From: Myxococcales bacterium
GTDB taxonomy: Bacteria; Myxococcota_A; UBA9042; JABWCM01; BTVJ01
Assembly (NCBI GenBank): GCA_045863395.1
Contig: BTVJ01000002.1
Span: forward strand, 64,001-128,000
Direction: 5' to 3'
Length of the DNA: 64,000 nucleotides
In this document: positions 62,498-64,000 of the stretch, in pieces
Position numbering within the stretch: the first letter of the stretch is position 1
How the letters are laid out: every line of letters starts with the position of its first letter
Program-made: the position numbers and the translations under genes
The notes under the pieces: generated by a model
What the model was told of the DNA's origin: nothing
Databases searched by the model: none
What the model saw: the letters and a program-made list of their open reading frames with translations, nothing else

Positions 62498-63975
62498 AGG
62501 GTGCGCTCCTCACCTTGGCCCTGTGGATGGACGCAGGCCTCTACGACCCGCACGTCGGCTACTACACCGCGGGACGCGTGCGGTTTGGCGCAGGCCACGA
62601 TTTCTGGACCTACCCGGAGCGCCTCTCGCCCACCTTCGGGCGGCTCGTTGCGTCGAGGCTCGCGCGCATGCTCGCGCACCTGGAGGCCCACGGCGGTCTC
62701 CCACCGGGGGAGCCATTCACGGTGGTCGAGCTGGGCGCTGGGGACGGAACGCTGGCGCGGGACATCTGTGACGCCGCCCTCGAGGAGGCGCCCCGTGATC
62801 CCCTCATGCGACGTCTGGAGCAGCGGCTGCGCTACCTCATCGGTGAGCGCTCTCCGTCCTTGCGACGGGTACAGCAGGCGACCTGCGCCTCCCACGGGGC
62901 CCGCGTCGCCCACCTGCCGCAGGAGTCTGGGGACGAGCTGCCCGAGGCGATGCCCTGGCGAGGCGTGCTGCTGTCCAACGAGCTCATCGACGTGTTCGCC
63001 CACCACCGCGTCCGCCCGCTGGAGCGCACCTTGCTCGCGCTCGAGCCGCGTGTCTCCGGCCGGGAGGAGCCCCTGGGGCTCGCCGAGCTGCTCGCCAAGG
63101 TCGCGCCGCAGCCGCTGACGGTCACACCGCGGTGGGCTCTCCTCGATTCCCACCCGGACGCTCCGCTGATCTCGCCGTACCTGGAGGCTCTCGCGCCCGT
63201 GGTCGCCCGCCGGGCAGCCGCCCACCCCGCTCCCGCGGATCTGCTCGTAGCGCCAGGGGTGACGCGCCTTGCACGGTGGACCGCGGAGCACCTGCTCGCG
63301 GGCTGGGCGCTGACCATCGACTACGGCGGCACCCCGGTGCACGCCATGGACCCGGAGCCGACCATGCCGCACCTGCGCGTGTACCCGCGCCCGGCAGGAG
63401 CCGACGAGCGCAGCTACGGGGGCGCCGATGCGGTGGCGGAGCTTGGCTGGCCCGGCACGCAGGACATCACCGCGGAGATCGACTTCGGCCACCTGGCGTG
63501 GGAGGGGGAGCGCGCGGGCCTTCGTCCGGTCCACTTCGGGCCGCAGGGCCACCTCCGCGAGCCGGGCGGACTCATTGACCCCATGGATCGCAGCGAGCGC
63601 GCCCGGGTGGAGGCGGCGCTGGTTCGCAAGTACGCGTTCGGGCAGGTCGACGCGGCCATGGCTGCCTGGGAGGTCGCGCGGGCCTTTCGCGACCGTTCAC
63701 CCGGGTTCCGGCTGCTGCTCCAGCAGGCGCGGGTCCCGGTTGAGCCGTTCGCGCTCGGTCACCCCACCGACCCCATCCGAATTGGGGAGCTGGCTCAGCT
63801 CCGGCCCGGCGTGACGGCCGAGGTGATCGTGCAGGCGCTCGCAACGGCAGGACTGCCCCCCGACGTGGCGCGCGCGCTTCGCCCGTGGGGCTGCCCCGTC
63901 GCGGACCTCGACGACGCCGGCCTCCGGGAGCACACCCGTGCAGTTCTCGCCGCCCTGGGCGCGCTGCTGGCGTGA
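62494..63975 (+). CDS. MidA/NDUFAF7 (DUF185) SAM-dependent methyltransferase
   Basis: WM..LYDP..GYY, DFWT.PE..SP.FG, VELGAGDGTLA.DI, ERSP.LR..Q, SNELID.F, IDYG and G.QDITA.IDF. Confidence 0.9.
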   Translation: MKGALLTLALWMDAGLYDPHVGYYTAGRVRFGAGHDFWTYPERLSPTFGRLVASRLARMLAHLEAHGGLPPGEPFTVVELGAGDGTLARDICDAALEEAPRDPLMRRLEQRLRYLIGERSPSLRRVQQATCASHGARVAHLPQESGDELPEAMPWRGVLLSNELIDVFAHHRVRPLERTLLALEPRVSGREEPLGLAELLAKVAPQPLTVTPRWALLDSHPDAPLISPYLEALAPVVARRAAAHPAPADLLVAPGVTRLARWTAEHLLAGWALTIDYGGTPVHAMDPEPTMPHLRVYPRPAGADERSYGGADAVAELGWPGTQDITAEIDFGHLAWEGERAGLRPVHFGPQGHLREPGGLIDPMDRSERARVEAALVRKYAFGQVDAAMAAWEVARAFRDRSPGFRLLLQQARVPVEPFALGHPTDPIRIGELAQLRPGVTAEVIVQALATAGLPPDVARALRPWGCPVADLDDAGLREHTRAVLAALGALLA

Positions 63976-64000
63976 TCCCGGAGGTTCCCAGGCCCGTTGT

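Overview
Very GC-rich, gene-dense bacterial chromosomal segment, most likely Myxococcota/Deltaproteobacteria-like. That assignment is an inference from a MYXO-CTERM-like tail and several large Cys/Asp-rich secreted proteins. I saw no rRNA, tRNA, CRISPR array, transposase, integrase or prophage. The left half mixes housekeeping genes (YyaL-type thioredoxin protein, kynA, tandem DsbA, class-3 asparaginase, ECF sigma/ChrR-like pair, NUDIX) with surface proteins: an M23-type Cys-repeat protein, an exported dikinase with glucan-water-dikinase-like domain order, two GT-C glycosyltransferases and a 1621-aa metalloprotease. It also holds an Ala/Lys/Pro-rich candidate DNA-binding protein and a 169-bp CTAG-bounded palindromic element. 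The centre carries a 2-oxoacid:ferredoxin oxidoreductase plus ADP-forming acyl-CoA synthetase operon, a divergent cNMP-domain/acetoacetate-decarboxylase fusion and a Gly-rich fibre protein. The right half has DUF523/DUF1722-cysH-xth, prfC, phoD-phnX-phnW, a TetR-linked dehydrogenase/kinase unit and an 11-subunit complex I-like operon (nuoABCDHIJKLMN, no nuoEFG) followed by a MidA/NDUFAF7-type methyltransferase. All calls come from reading motifs by eye; no searches were run, and refined start codons are estimates.
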